Origin: Neoechinorhynchus agilis
Lineage: Eukaryota; Animalia; Acanthocephala
Assembly (NCBI GenBank): GCA_051530055.1
Contig: CM121342.1
Span: forward strand, 11,051,480-11,115,479
Direction of reading: 5' to 3'
Length of the DNA: 64,000 nt
Positions 1 to 11,584 of this stretch are shown here, piece by piece; positions within the stretch are counted from its first letter, which is position 1, and every line of letters starts with the position of its first letter. Both the position numbers and the translations under genes were made by a program. The notes beneath the pieces are model-generated. The model had not been told where the DNA came from. It searched no databases and saw only the letters and a program-made list of their open reading frames with translations.

Positions 1-15
1 CGGTCGAGTAATGTT

Positions 16-3000
16 ATGCCGGACGTAAAGCAGGTCGCGGCGCCATCAACTCCGTCTTCACTTGCATGTGTCCGAAATGCGAATTCCTTTTTAACCGTCC
101 CAAAATTGAGGCAAATGACAGGAACACCTAGTGCTGCTGAACTTAGCATTGGCAATCAAATTCCTATGGAACGAATTCCGTACCGATCGTCCTCGATATT
201 TACGGATATGCAACTTAGAGCATCGATTGTTGGGAATTTCGATCGAAAAGGTGAAGAAGAGATGGTAAAAAGACTTTCCTCGTCGACCGAAGCTCTCATT
301 GTTCTCACCGGTCGGCCTAGTTTTGTAGCGAGGCCTCTGACGGCGTTCATAAGATTACAATCTGTAAAAGTTCAAGGTACTGTTTTTTCTGATACTTGAA
401 TTTTGTTTTAAATATAACTCAATCACAGAGCAGGTTATCGAATTGCCTATTCCTCTGAGATTCATGTTTATCCATTTTGATTCAAATGAGGAGAAATTTC
501 GGTACCATACAATCGGTAGATCAATGTGCGTCTTAATGAATAATCAGGTTCGTATCTTAGTGTATTGTTTAATTTTAAACAATGGAAATTTGCTAGCATT
601 TCCTGGTTTTCTTAAATCATTGTGCTCGAAAAAGTAGAGGCTCTTACACTCTTGCCACAGGCACTCTAGAATAAGGCTATCCAATATACCGATAAAATAT
701 AAATTTACTAAAAGATGCCTAATGATCAAATTTCGAGAACCTTTGTAATTTCTGGGTTAAAACTTTTCGTTTATTTTCATAAGCGATGAATAGGAATACA
801 AAACAATGGCAACAAAGACACGTTTGAGGAGTGCCATTATTGACGGGATACAGAAGTTCATTTCGTCATGTATTCTTGTTCCTTCTAACATAAAACTCGA
901 TGTAAAGGATGAGAATAAGGTTCACCGACTCGCTGATGATCTTATACAGTATATGAACGTAATTAAAAATCGTCAAACGATCAGGCCAGTTCTTTATAAC
1001 GAAGGTGATTTGCTTTCGTATATTTTTACTTTCAACGGTACTTTAAATAGACGAATATGTTCTGCCTGATGATTTGAAAGTTGATAAACCTTTCAGACCA
1101 TTCGAAAGACGTAAATCATTATTCTATGGTGTCAGTATGGAAGTTCAATTGCTCGGAAAATACTATTGGAAAAGTATCAACAGTGCTTTCAATTGGACCT
1201 GTCTGCTTTGTGTCTTTACAATGTTCATCACATGTCTCGTTCCAACGATAACGTTTGGTGCCATTTTAGGTAAGTAGAACTAAATAGATTCAATGTAGAG
1301 ATTTTCGCAAACTTATAGCCGAAGCGACTGATCAAATGCTTGACGTTAAAAAGATGCTGCTAGCCACTTCAATGAATGGAATGCTGTTCAGCGCACTATC
1401 GGGGCAACCTCTGCTCATTCTAGGCCCAACTGGTCCAATGCTCATTATTGAAGAATTCATTCTCGAGGTAAGCTCGAAAGCAGTGTTTATGGGTACCTAG
1501 CTTTATGAGACCCATTCTAATCCTTTGCAAAATCGCTAAATTTATGTATATTGTTTTTAAAATCCTTATTGTTTGTGATTCTAGAAGGGATTAAAAGGCC
1601 AAAAATGCGCAGTCTTTCCTAAAGCGGAGCACGGACTATAAGTTTTTCCAGTTATGTTTCTGATAATTTTCGAAAAAGACCCAAATCAATTCTGTAGTTT
1701 TAGCATACACTGAATGCTGACTTGAAAGTGACAGAAAAATCTCGTTGGCGTTCAAAGATTTTTGAGCACCAGTGGTATCTGCACTGTCGTAAGTATTTTC
1801 CAGTTATGTTTCTGATAATTTTCGAAAAAGACCCAAGTCAATTCTGTAGTTTTAGCATGCACTGAATGCTGACTTGAAAGTGACAGAAAAATCTCGTTGG
1901 CGTTCAAAGATTTTTGAGCACTAGTGGTATCTGCACTGTCGAGCAATAGTAATCCGCATGATTTGTTTCACTGAGCAATTTCGCTGTAATATATTCAAGA
2001 ATCCGTAACACTTTTCCAATAATATTAGAAAGTTGTGCGTTTTGGAGTGATTGTGGTAATGAAATTTGACTTTTAAATTCAGACATTTTTAAGCGAGCAC
2101 GATCGCGTGTTCTAACTTAGCGGGAACGTCCATTGAATTTGTATACGGAACAAATACGTTACTTTAATATTTAGTTGTCCATACTATGCACTCTCTATTT
2201 TCCAGCTAAAACATTATTAATCGTCATTTCGACTCTTTTACTAACTCATTTTGATTGGAAATATATCTATGGGTAGATTATATAGTCCTTAATATCTCTA
2301 CACCATATTTATTAGTTCCAACTCCTAGTTTTTGTTTTTCTGTTTAATTCTTCAAAGGATTTAGATGTCAAACCACTTCAAAGTCAACTTTATTGCGGCG
2401 CGCTTATGGGTCAGCGTATGGGTTGAAGTTTTTACAATTATCGTGGTTGCCTTTGAGGGTCCTTTTATGATTCGATATTTCAGTCGGTTCTCTGAAGAGA
2501 TTTTCGCAGTGGTAATAGCACTGACCTACTTCTACGAGCCAATTAAATGGCTTGTGAAAACGTACAAGGCAAATCCGATTCTTTTAAACTACACCAACGT
2601 TAACAAAAGTGCTCTATGTGAACTTGAAATGAATTCGTCTTGCAATAATGTTACCAAAAAACCCTTACCAAACATTGCGCTCCTTTCAACGTTATTAATG
2701 TTGGGAACGGCTATTGTCGCCATTAAAATGTCCAATATCCGTTTCTCAAAACTATTCAACAAAACGGTCAGTGAAAACCCTTACGCTCTTTCTTAATCTC
2801 CTGTCTTAAGACCCGAAAATTGATTGGAATGTCATCCCTTTTTATCAGCATTACAGTTATGGTCAGCCTTGACCATTTACTAACTCCCGGTATAGTCGTG
2901 ACCAAGCGGGTATATGTACCCAACGCTAGTCTCAATCATTCAATGCCTTGGAACGTCGATTGGTGGCTAGTTACCAGTGATGGAGTGAATCGATCATGGC

Positions 3001-4543
3001 TCTACTTTGGCACAATGCTACCTGCCATTTTAACCTTAATCGTAATCTTTATAGAAACAGAACTAGTTGGGTTAGTGCTTAAAAGGAAACCCATAAAAAT
3101 TTATTATCTGGCGAATAAAGGATATTTATACGACAATATACAAAACGCGTAAAGAATGGCATATCGATGTTATCTGGATTTCATATAGATCTCTTTATTA
3201 TCTGTAAGTGCACTGAATCTTGAATGTTTTTATTGTTTAAAGAGATTTTCCAAAACGAAAGACGAATACTGTCGATCCCATTGATTTAATAATAAAAAAA
3301 TAAAAATTAAACGTAGTTTTCACTACCATTACTCTTTTTCAGAACAATCCATTTTTAAATCAATTGCACATGCTTTTAATTGCCCATCAAAATGTACGAA
3401 GAAGCGCATTTTGACAACTGCAATAATCGAAATTCAGTTCTCACACTTTTGTCTCATTTTACGAAACATTAGAAATGTAGTCATTAAAAAAATTATCATC
3501 AATTGCAGAATCACCAATGAAAATTTTGGTTGCTATTGAGTTTAAAAATGATAATATATTTAAAAAACTGTAAAAAATTTATTATGTAACTCACTAGTCT
3601 TAAAAAAAATTCTGAAAAAATAAGATTAAACAGGTTGCGATATGTACAATTATTGATTTCGATATTACGTGAAAATCCGTTCATCTAGAGATCGCTAGGC
3701 TTGCCAGAATCCACGCAACGATTTTAATATTGACAAGTCTTTTTCTTTTAAACGAAATAGTTATATCTGTTATCTTAAAGAATCTTTTTTAGCAAGTCTT
3801 TTATTATTGAATTCGATCCTGACATTACCATGGCTTTGTGTGGCTCCCGTACGAAGCCTATACCACACATCAGCACTTTCAATAACTAACAAAATATACG
3901 CTCCCGGTGAACGAGCTCCTACGGTAGACGTTGTTGAACAAAGACTTACGAATTTCGCAATACATGCGCTAATTGGTATGTTTTCTACTGAATACCCTCT
4001 TAAAAACACATGAATTTGAATTTAAAAGGCATCGCCATATTTGCTGCTTCGGCGATCGGCGAAATCCCAGTTTGTGTACTATTCGGAATATTCATCTACT
4101 TTGGATTCATGACTTTGAACAGCACCCAACTAGTAGACCGAGTCAAACTCATGTGTCTCTATTCAACCAAAGCATTTCCAAGAAAACCGTATTCGAGACA
4201 GGTTTTTATGTCTAAAATTGAAATATAACCAATCAAAACACCGTTTTAGGTATGCAAGTTCAAAAGGAACTTGTTCACAATCATTCAATTATCTTTTGTC
4301 GTTGCAATACTTGCACTCAAAGTAACTCGATTTGCCTTACTGTTTCCATTGGTACTTATTCTATCCGTGCCGGCTCGTTTATACTGTCTATCGAGATTCA
4401 TGACCGATCAAGAATTAAAAGCTGTAGGTTTTCCAATTCGAAAAGATAATTTTGACGTTGATGCTTAGTTGGACAGTGGCGACGATGGATCTCAAACTAT
4501 CGACAGTGAAGACCTTTATGCTCAGGTTTACTTTCCAATTTAG
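16..4543 (+). CDS. SLC4-family bicarbonate/anion exchanger (band 3-like), multi-exon, 5'-partial
   Basis: Successive exons match SLC4 motifs: KRLSSSTEALIVLTGRPSFVARPLTAFIRL; LPIPLRFMFI...YHTIGRSMCVLM; TITFGAILG (1081-1270); LSGQPLLILGPTGPMLIIEE (1319-1467); VVAFEG..IRYFSRFSEEIF (2365-2766); SGFHIDL; LPWLCVAPVRSLYHTSAL...VEQRLT; IPVCVLFGIFIYFG; LFTIIQ...LLFPLVLILSVPAR. A 45-nt GT-AG intron (4424-4468) leads to the last exon LDSGDDGSQTIDSEDLYAQVYFPI* ending at 4543. The paralogue cannot be assigned. Confidence 0.93.
1639..1941. repeat. Two-copy tandem duplication (~151-bp unit) in an SLC4 intron
   Basis: 1639-1789 and 1790-1941 are near-identical (taagt..ttccagttatgtttctg...ctgcactgtcg). Confidence 0.95.
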
Positions 4544-4841
4544 TGCAAGATTCAATAACGAACACGGCAGCCAATGATTGTGATTTTTATACAACAAATT
4601 TAAAAAGATCTTCTCATGTCAGAGCGTGGAGTTCTCATAGAAATGTAACTATCGGCATCAAGGATAGCTTCAAACAAAAATTAGGTTCAAGAATAGTTGT
4701 CTGAACAAAGAAATCGAAAAATACACTTGAGAAATCAATAATACACTACAATCTGTAACAATTCCCCGAATCATCAATCGACGTCAATGTGGCATTTATG
4801 CTTAAAATGTATAAAGAAACAAATCAAGTAACATTCTTGAG

Positions 4842-5290
4842 TGGCTCAGCCGGTAGTCTTTTGATCAATGTGTATTTTTTCAACCATACACACGGCTCAA
4901 TGGACACATAGTCCACTGATTCATTGGCCAGGGAAGCGCTGGTCTGCGTTCAATACCCATGACCGTAGGGTTATGAGTTTGATACCTCCCGATTCAGTTT
5001 CACTTCAACGAGGTATTTCGTCCCCTTTAATTGTGGTGTCGTCGGCGGTAACGGATTCGAACCAGTTTACCCTTAACTGGGATCAAGAACATTAGTCCAC
5101 TTGATCACCTTAACGCAACTGCGGAATGTACAAACTTCGCCTTTCATTGGCCTGAATTAGCTTTCCGATTATAGTATTCTTATGAATGGCTCAGCCGGTA
5201 GTCTTTTTTGATAGATATATAAGATTCCAGATCGAAATCTGTGGACTGTGTGTTCATTGAGCCGTGTATATGGTTGAAAAAAGAATAATC
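4842..5290 (-). mobile_element. Divergent member of the tRNA-promoter/hammerhead repeat family, lacking the CUGAUGA strand
   Basis: The minus strand has an A-box-like GGTGATCAAGTGGACTAA, a B box GGTTCGAATCC and GGGGACGAAATACC...GGTATC, as in 11030-11728. The motif tggctcagccggtagtc recurs directly at 4842 and 5187. An inverted repeat links ~4873-4918 and ~5240-5287. Confidence 0.75.
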
Positions 5291-5329
5291 TTAAACATAT
5301 CGATCAAATCAAGTGACATGAATCAATTA

Positions 5330-5720
5330 ACGTCATTGAAGAAACGCATTGGAATATGAGCATTTGATAGTTGAGTGATGTGGACCTTAGGTTTTCAAAA
5401 ATAACCGAAGACACACGGTCACGCTTACACGTTTTTATAACGGACACGCGATGTACACTTCCATGCATAATCCTGGACAAAAACAAAACATCCATAAACG
5501 CACGTCCATGATCGCTTATGTAACAGTCATAAAATTAGATTACTAAGCGCTGCTTGGTTGTTCAGCTGCATGTTTTATCTATTGATGATTGTTTGATTGA
5601 CAATCCGACTGAAAGAGAGAGATTTTATTGAAACACCTAGCTTTCGCCGTCCAATGGCTTCTTCAGGGTGTAATCTACAATGCGAGTGAAGTGGAGTTAA
5701 TAAAAATGTGACTTTTCAAA
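5330..5720 (-). mobile_element. Penelope-like element terminal-region remnant
   Basis: Carries a PLE-type minimal hammerhead (5633-5671) followed by AATAAAA. 5420-5520 is the reverse-complement homologue of ~19780-19870, which lies just 3' of a GIY-YIG fragment. Confidence 0.6.
5633..5671 (-). ncRNA. Minimal type I hammerhead ribozyme (PLE-type)
   Basis: Minus strand reads ACACC-CUGAAGA-A-GCC-auuggac-GGC-GAAA-GC-UA^GGUGU. Stem I is 5 bp, stem II is 3 bp and stem III is the palindrome AGCU. Confidence 0.85.
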
Positions 5721-5872
5721 ACAAAATTAGCGTGTTTTTATGTGACCCCATAAGTGGCACTCTGACACACTCAATCCCTTATACTGGAAAATATTGTACA
5801 AATAAATCTTTAATTAAAAGGAGGACTGCATTCGTCGGAAACAACAGCGATTGCCAATAAAATTGAACAGAG

Positions 5873-6237
5873 TTTGGCGGCGTCACGTAAATAAGACGAA
5901 GTTTATTATTCTGTCATACATGAGTTACCTGTATGTTGTTCTTCACGTCATTCCCGTGAAAGAAGTTGCCGCCACATACCTCCCCTCCAGTGTCGCCGCA
6001 CTAATCCGTTCCGTCCTGGAAACGTGCCGGTCTTTCGAATTGAACATCGGTGTGATAACGGCGTGTTGCTTGCAGCTGGGCCTGGTCAGGACGCTGACCT
6101 GGCCGGTCTCGTCTGGGAGGATCAAACTATCACCAATTTAGCGGCGTCACGTAAATAAGACGAAGTTTATTATTCTGTCATACATGAGTTACCTGTATGT
6201 TGTTCTTCACGTCATTCCCGTGAAAGTTGCCGCCACA
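5873..6237 (-). mobile_element. TRIM (terminal-repeat retrotransposon in miniature), 365 bp
   Basis: Direct repeats at 5873-5976 and 6137-6237 start TGTGGCGG on the minus strand. A PBS-like TGGTGATAG begins 1 nt after the 5' LTR, and a PPT GGAGGGGAGG lies just before the 3' LTR. The 4-bp TSD AGAG is at 5869-5872 and 6238-6241. The interior is 160 bp and non-coding. Confidence 0.85.
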
Positions 6238-6838
6238 AGAGCAATCGCAAATAACCAATCAGAGGTCGATTTGTTGTTTATTTTTCAGCTTGTTTCTAAT
6301 GCTTATGAGCGCATAGAAGATTGTGAATTGTATTTTTACTCGTACTAAAGACTTGTACGTTCATTTTATTGAGCATCCGCATTTGAAATTGGTGCTTAAT
6401 ATGATATTTAATAAAACAATCTTTCTTGAAATTTATTTTCTAAACCTTTTTTTCAAATGTTGTCAGGATGCGCAGCATACCTATTTTTTAACCCCGAATC
6501 ATAGTTTTTGTTTAGGATTAATATTTTATTTTGGATAAGTTTCTTAGTCGCCGAAGTACAAATCTTCTTCCATTGGCTTTGCTGATTTATTTTAAAAAAG
6601 TACAAAATGATTGAGTTTAAGAATATAAAAACGCAAAACCGTTTTTACGAAGCGATTAATGAAATAAAAATTTAAGTCCAAATAATGCTTCCTGAAAAAA
6701 GCAATTAGTTTATTCATTATTACTGTTGGGTGAAACGAGATTTGTTTTGAGCGGACACCCAGACGTTTTTATTATGCAAATTTTCGGAGAGCAAAGTCTC
6801 CCTCTTCAGGCTTTTGGTCATCTGAAAAAATTATTGTC

Positions 6839-8411
6839 TTGAGAATCTCTTCCTCGATTGCAATGGGCTCTTTGTTAAATCTAATAGAATCTACGATGAA
6901 GGCCTCCTTTCCTCGCAAAACAATACGAATCTCGAACCGCGCCCCTCCATGGTTCTCGCCTTTTCTAAAAACCCTTCAAATGCAGGTCACCAAAGCTTTC
7001 CGGTCAGTTAATCCCGCTTATCCTTCCCTCCACTCCACGCTGACCAAAAGCATCCGTATAGCCCGCAAAGTATTCCTTTCATCTCGTCTCCCGTCCGTTC
7101 CCAATCGAAACTGGTGGCGTGAAATAAAAAGTGTCACGGGTCTTGGTAGATCCACCCCTTCGCATCTCTCCCCAAATCTGATCTCCTCTCAATCCTTAAC
7201 TCAAAAAAACCTCTGTCCTCCTCAAACCTCCCATCCATTGTCCCAACCTCCCTTCTCACTTTTTGACCCGCCCATTCATACATGCCCTTCCTTAGTTTCC
7301 CCTCTCGTAATCCTAGAGATCCTTAAACGCCTGCCCCGCCATTCTTCCCCTAATTCGACTATCCCAAATTGGGCCATTCGTTTCATCATCCAGGAACTTA
7401 TCGATCCTCTAACGCACATAATGAACCTTAGTTTTCTATTGGGCTCTTTCCCATCGTGTCTTAAGGAAGTCCGTGTCGTCCCCATGCCCAAAAACAATAA
7501 ACGGATTTCCCTTACACCCTTTCGACCCATCTCTATGCTCTCACCTTTCTCTAAAATCTTAGAAATTTTTTTTAAAACTCGCCTACTTCCCTTCTTCCTC
7601 AAAAACATCTCCCCTTCCCAACTCGCTTTCCGCCCCAATTACTCTTGCTCTGACGCCCTCTTCTGCATCTACGATACGCTTCTGCGCAGCTTAGATTCCA
7701 GTCCAGCATCAACCGTCCGTCTCGTGCAACTGGATATTTCCAGGGCGTTTGAGTCGGTAGATCACTCCCTTCTCCTCCAATCATGTGCTTCCTTTGGCCT
7801 CCCTACCTGGCAACTCGCTTGGATTTTTTCTTTCCTCTCCAACCGCAAACAATATATCTAATGTGGAAGTCCTTACCCCTCTTCTCTGCCCATATTTGAA
7901 GGGGTCCCCCAAGCCGCCGTACTTTCCCCTCTCCTCTTTGACATTTTTCTAAATGACCTCCATCCCCTCGCTCCCTCCACCCTAAACCTCTCCCTAAATT
8001 TATCCAAATCTTTTGAGCTTGTCCCCCGCATTTCCAGACGTAATCTTATCCTCGTCCCTCTCCCTCTCCCCATCCACCGCTCCTCTTCTCTCCGAATACT
8101 GGGCCTGACTTTCCAAGAAAACCTTAAATGGGATGCCCACATTTCATTTACCCTCTCAAAAGCACACCCTCGTCTTTACCTTCTCAAACTCCTCCGGCGT
8201 CTCGGCGTATCCAATAAACACCTTGCTCACTTTTATTTTTCTGCCATCCTTCCTATCCTTACATACGCTTTCCCCACTTTCCTTGCCCTCTCCGTCAATA
8301 GAATATGCTGGACTTCACTCCCTCCCTCGATGCCCACCTCCACTCCATTTTCTGCAAAAATGCCCTCCGTCTTCTTCAACACCCTCCACAATTTTCTTCT
8401 TTCATCTCTAG
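6839..8411 (+). mobile_element. Non-LTR retrotransposon RT fragment (CR1/L2/Jockey-like), degenerate
   Basis: APPWF, FRPISMLSPFSKILE, QLAFRPNYSCSDAL, QLDISRAFESVDH, then GVPQAAVLSPLLF and LGLTFQENLKWDAHI in later frames. There is a stop at 7861 and an internal deletion. Confidence 0.9.
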
Positions 8412-8429
8412 ATATTCTTCACCGTTTAG

Positions 8430-10640
8430 CAAATATAGATGCTGACAAGTTTGTGGATTTGGCATTTTTTACATAAATAAAACGTGTTTATATAACCTAC
8501 AACGTCGCCAATAGATTGATATGGCAAATATTCTGTGAAGTAGCAAAACCTGAAAAGACGTTTTGTACTTGAGGCTTCAAATATCGCAGACCATTCCTTT
8601 CATGTTCACTTCGTTTCTTCACAATGGAGCTTAACGGTTTAGCTTTCTTCGCTTAGATACAACAATCTGGGTGTTGGGACGCAGCTCCATTGATAGGATT
8701 GTTAATTGTAGTGAATAACTCATCATCGACGAATGGTGTTGATATCAACAGAGACCATTCCATATTCTTTATTGCTATGCGCCTTCAGTCTTCCCAGGAA
8801 CTCTACACCCAATGGGTTCTGGTGTGATACGGATAATGTAGGGCAATAATTGGTTGGGTTTTTAGCGACGATTTATCTATTTTGGCCAATAAGTACATAT
8901 TCTTTATCTTTCCATTGATGGAAAGATATTTTTAGTGTATTTCGGGATCACCCTTTCCACTTTTCTTCGGCGCAAGTAAGAATTGATTGAACACCTCTTC
9001 TTGTTTCATAGTGGGGCATTCATTATTAGATCGGAACTCGGGAAAAGATAGATATCCGCAGCCATCCAATGGTAGTGGTCCTCATCTACTATGCAGAATC
9101 CACTACCTCTGTTAAATTTCACAATGCGTATGTTCTTAATTCTATTAAGGTCATTCATAGCTAAAATCGGGCGTATGGGCATGTTAGTCTGTTTCCTTTA
9201 TGTAGCAATGCCTCCATCTTCCATAATAGAATTGTGTTTCCAACAAAATTGGCCTTGGATATCATCTTCTCCATTTCAACGTCTAGTTTCAAGTTGTAGA
9301 GTTTGCCAGAAGGAATGAAGTCCGCTCCGTAATTGAGCAGCTCCATAATTTTAGGCGTTAAGACAATCTGTGACAAATTGAACAAAGAACCATTTGATAT
9401 GCGTGTATCAAAGTAATGGCCCTTAGTGCCATCAATTTTCCACAATGCCGTTCACGTATTTATCAACTCTTCTTCCTTGCAAATCATCCCGATGAAATCT
9501 TGGAGAGTTAGATTCATATCTTGTTCAGATGCCTCCACCATTCCTGCGGAGAAATGGCACATTCGATCCTCTAGTCGTCGTCTGTGTTTACTTAAGTTAG
9601 CTTTACTTTAATCAAAAAGGCTACAATGTGCATCCACTATTGAGTCGATCCATTATACCCAAATGCGGCGCTTCTCAAGTGCATAAAACTGGGGATTACC
9701 CGGTATGATTGACAAAGATTGAGGAACTCGCTTGCTATAACGGTTCTTCTTATCTTTAGTGTAGTAGATTCCATTCCCTTTAATAATAACACATTTATTG
9801 TTAAAAAGTACAAAGTATAAGAGGGCTCATGTACCTTTGGGTCCTCAAATGTACCTATGGGTCTCAAATGTACCTTTGGGTAGATAAGCAGATTCGCCAT
9901 AAATCTGCCGTATATGTTTGAAGATTGAATCGTTTATGTTTTTATGTAGCTCCAATGAATGGGGCAATTTTCTCTGTTTTATGGGATTTTGTTCAAAACG
10001 GGGAGATTAATCGAAATATTGGAACTAACAAATTCTTTTAATTTTTACGTAATAAACAAACATCTTTTGAACATTTAACTTTTATCTTGCCTTCTAGTTT
10101 TCTGATTCTATGATCCTAGTACACAAAATCGAAGTTAACAGTTTCCGATTTTTCTCCATGACGCAGAAATGTCGTAAACTTCGGAGAAATCGGCAATGAC
10201 CACCGTACATGAAGATTGAAGGACAAAGTTAAAAATCCCTCACTTTTTTTTCGAACTTTAACAGCATACGAAAAGTATAAATTTGGTGATGATGTGTGGA
10301 TCTTGACTGTTAAGTTCAGCATTTAGTGAATCTCTGTTGTTGTTTGAATCAGTCAGAATGAATACATCGTCCACATAAACCCACCACCGATTTACATGAT
10401 TATGAAGCTCCAAGAATGTGGACTCCCAATGCCGCATATAGATGTCGGCCAAGGTCGGATCTAATGGCGATCCCATGGCTACACCATCTTTTAGATCGTA
10501 GATAGCACCCTCAAATTAAAAGGCAGTCATACTTGTACAGTTCACTACAATTCTTCGATAGTAGCATAGCCGATAATTCGATCGTATTAGTCAATGGGAC
10601 ATTGGTGAACAGAGCGATCACATCGGCCGTAAAAATTCTG
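8430..10640 (-). mobile_element. Degenerate, rearranged Penelope-like element fragments
   Basis: RT motif MGSPLDPTLADIYM..WE...WWVYVDDVF (10258-10476). PLE N-terminal-like LLNYGADFIP (9161-9445) and FLNLCQSYRVIPSF (9637-9900). Decayed sequence further 3'. Confidence 0.8.
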
Positions 10641-11202
10641 TGCAAAATAAACATGGATTCTATAATTTAATATAAGTTTCTTAAATCGAATATTTACAAA
10701 CTCCCTTAAAACTAAGACGTCAAGTTTTCGTTCTTCATTTTTTCTTTTGAGACAAATTTCGTCTCCAAATTAATGATGCTCCATATATCAACACTGACTA
10801 AAAGCAGTAGATGAAATTATTCGTGTGTTATATTGTTAGAAATGTGAGCCGTTTCGGTTTTGGATCAGACAATTTATTTCCATGATAAAAAATTGCGAGC
10901 GATGAGATAAAATCGCCGACTAATGATATTAAGTAAAAGAGTATTCAAAATCATTGGAGTAAAAGTGATGTTGTTATCGAATATTCTCATTTATCGTTAT
11001 TGGTTAAAGCGTATATTGGTAATGATGGCCTATTTTAAGTTTTACTGGCAAGCCGGTATTGTTATCATCATTAAATTTTAGTCAATCCCTTTCTTGTCCG
11101 GCTTATTTTTTTAGGCATAAAGCCAAACCAATTACATCAGAGAAGTGATATAACCACATAGTCTCTAATGTACGGTTAAGAGTTTGTACATTCCTCCGGA
11201 TC

Positions 11203-11267
11203 CTCAGATACCTCCAGGAGGCGGGACTCATCAGTGAGTTTCCTCCCTTCAGCGGTATTTCGTCCCC
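11203..11267 (-). ncRNA. Hammerhead ribozyme with non-circularly permuted strand order (copy 1)
   Basis: GGGGAC-GAAA-UACC / linker / CUCA-CUGAUGA-GUCCC / linker / GGUA-UC^UGAG. Stem II is GGGAC:GUCCC, stem III is UACC:GGUA and stem I is CUCA:UGAG. Predicted cleavage is between 11207 and 11206. Confidence 0.75.
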
Positions 11268-11284
11268 TTTGGCTGTGCGCCATT

Positions 11285-11355
11285 GGTGGTAACGGATTCG
11301 AACCATTTGACCCCTAATCGGGATCACGGGCATTAGTCCACTTGACCACATCGAC
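11285..11355 (-). promoter_or_regulatory. tRNA-derived Pol III internal promoter (A and B boxes)
   Basis: TGGTCAAGTGGACTAA is D-arm/A-box-like and AATGG-TTCGAAT-CCGTT is a T-arm/B box. No convincing acceptor or anticodon stem, so it is not called a tRNA gene. Confidence 0.75.
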
Positions 11356-11584
11356 ACAACTACGAAATGTCAAACTCAGCCAGTTTATCGACTCAGGGTG
11401 AGCGCTGTGTTCTATTTTAAGTTTTACTGGCAAGCCGGTATTATTATCATCATTAAATTTTAGTCTATCCCTTTCTTGTCCTGCTTATCTTTTTAGGCAT
11501 AAAGCCAAACAAATTACATCAGAGAAGTGATATAACCACATGGTTTCTAATGCACGGTTAAGAGTTTGTACATTCCTCCGGATC

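Noticed and set aside
16-4543. Alternative genetic code to explain in-frame stops
   Set aside because: Stops in host genes fall within short introns, and those in TEs are ordinary decay.
5851-6141. ORFs within the TRIM
   Set aside because: Short, with no gag or pol motifs, and spanning LTR and interior.
7276-8142. Antisense ORFs over the LINE
   Set aside because: Shadows of the C/T-skewed RT strand.
11285-11355. Functional tRNA gene
   Set aside because: A/B boxes and a T-arm are present, but I could not form acceptor or anticodon stems, and the region is embedded in a repeat.
11030-11411. Second, opposite-polarity ribozyme as in viroid-like circles
   Set aside because: No CUGANGA core on the + strand of the unit.
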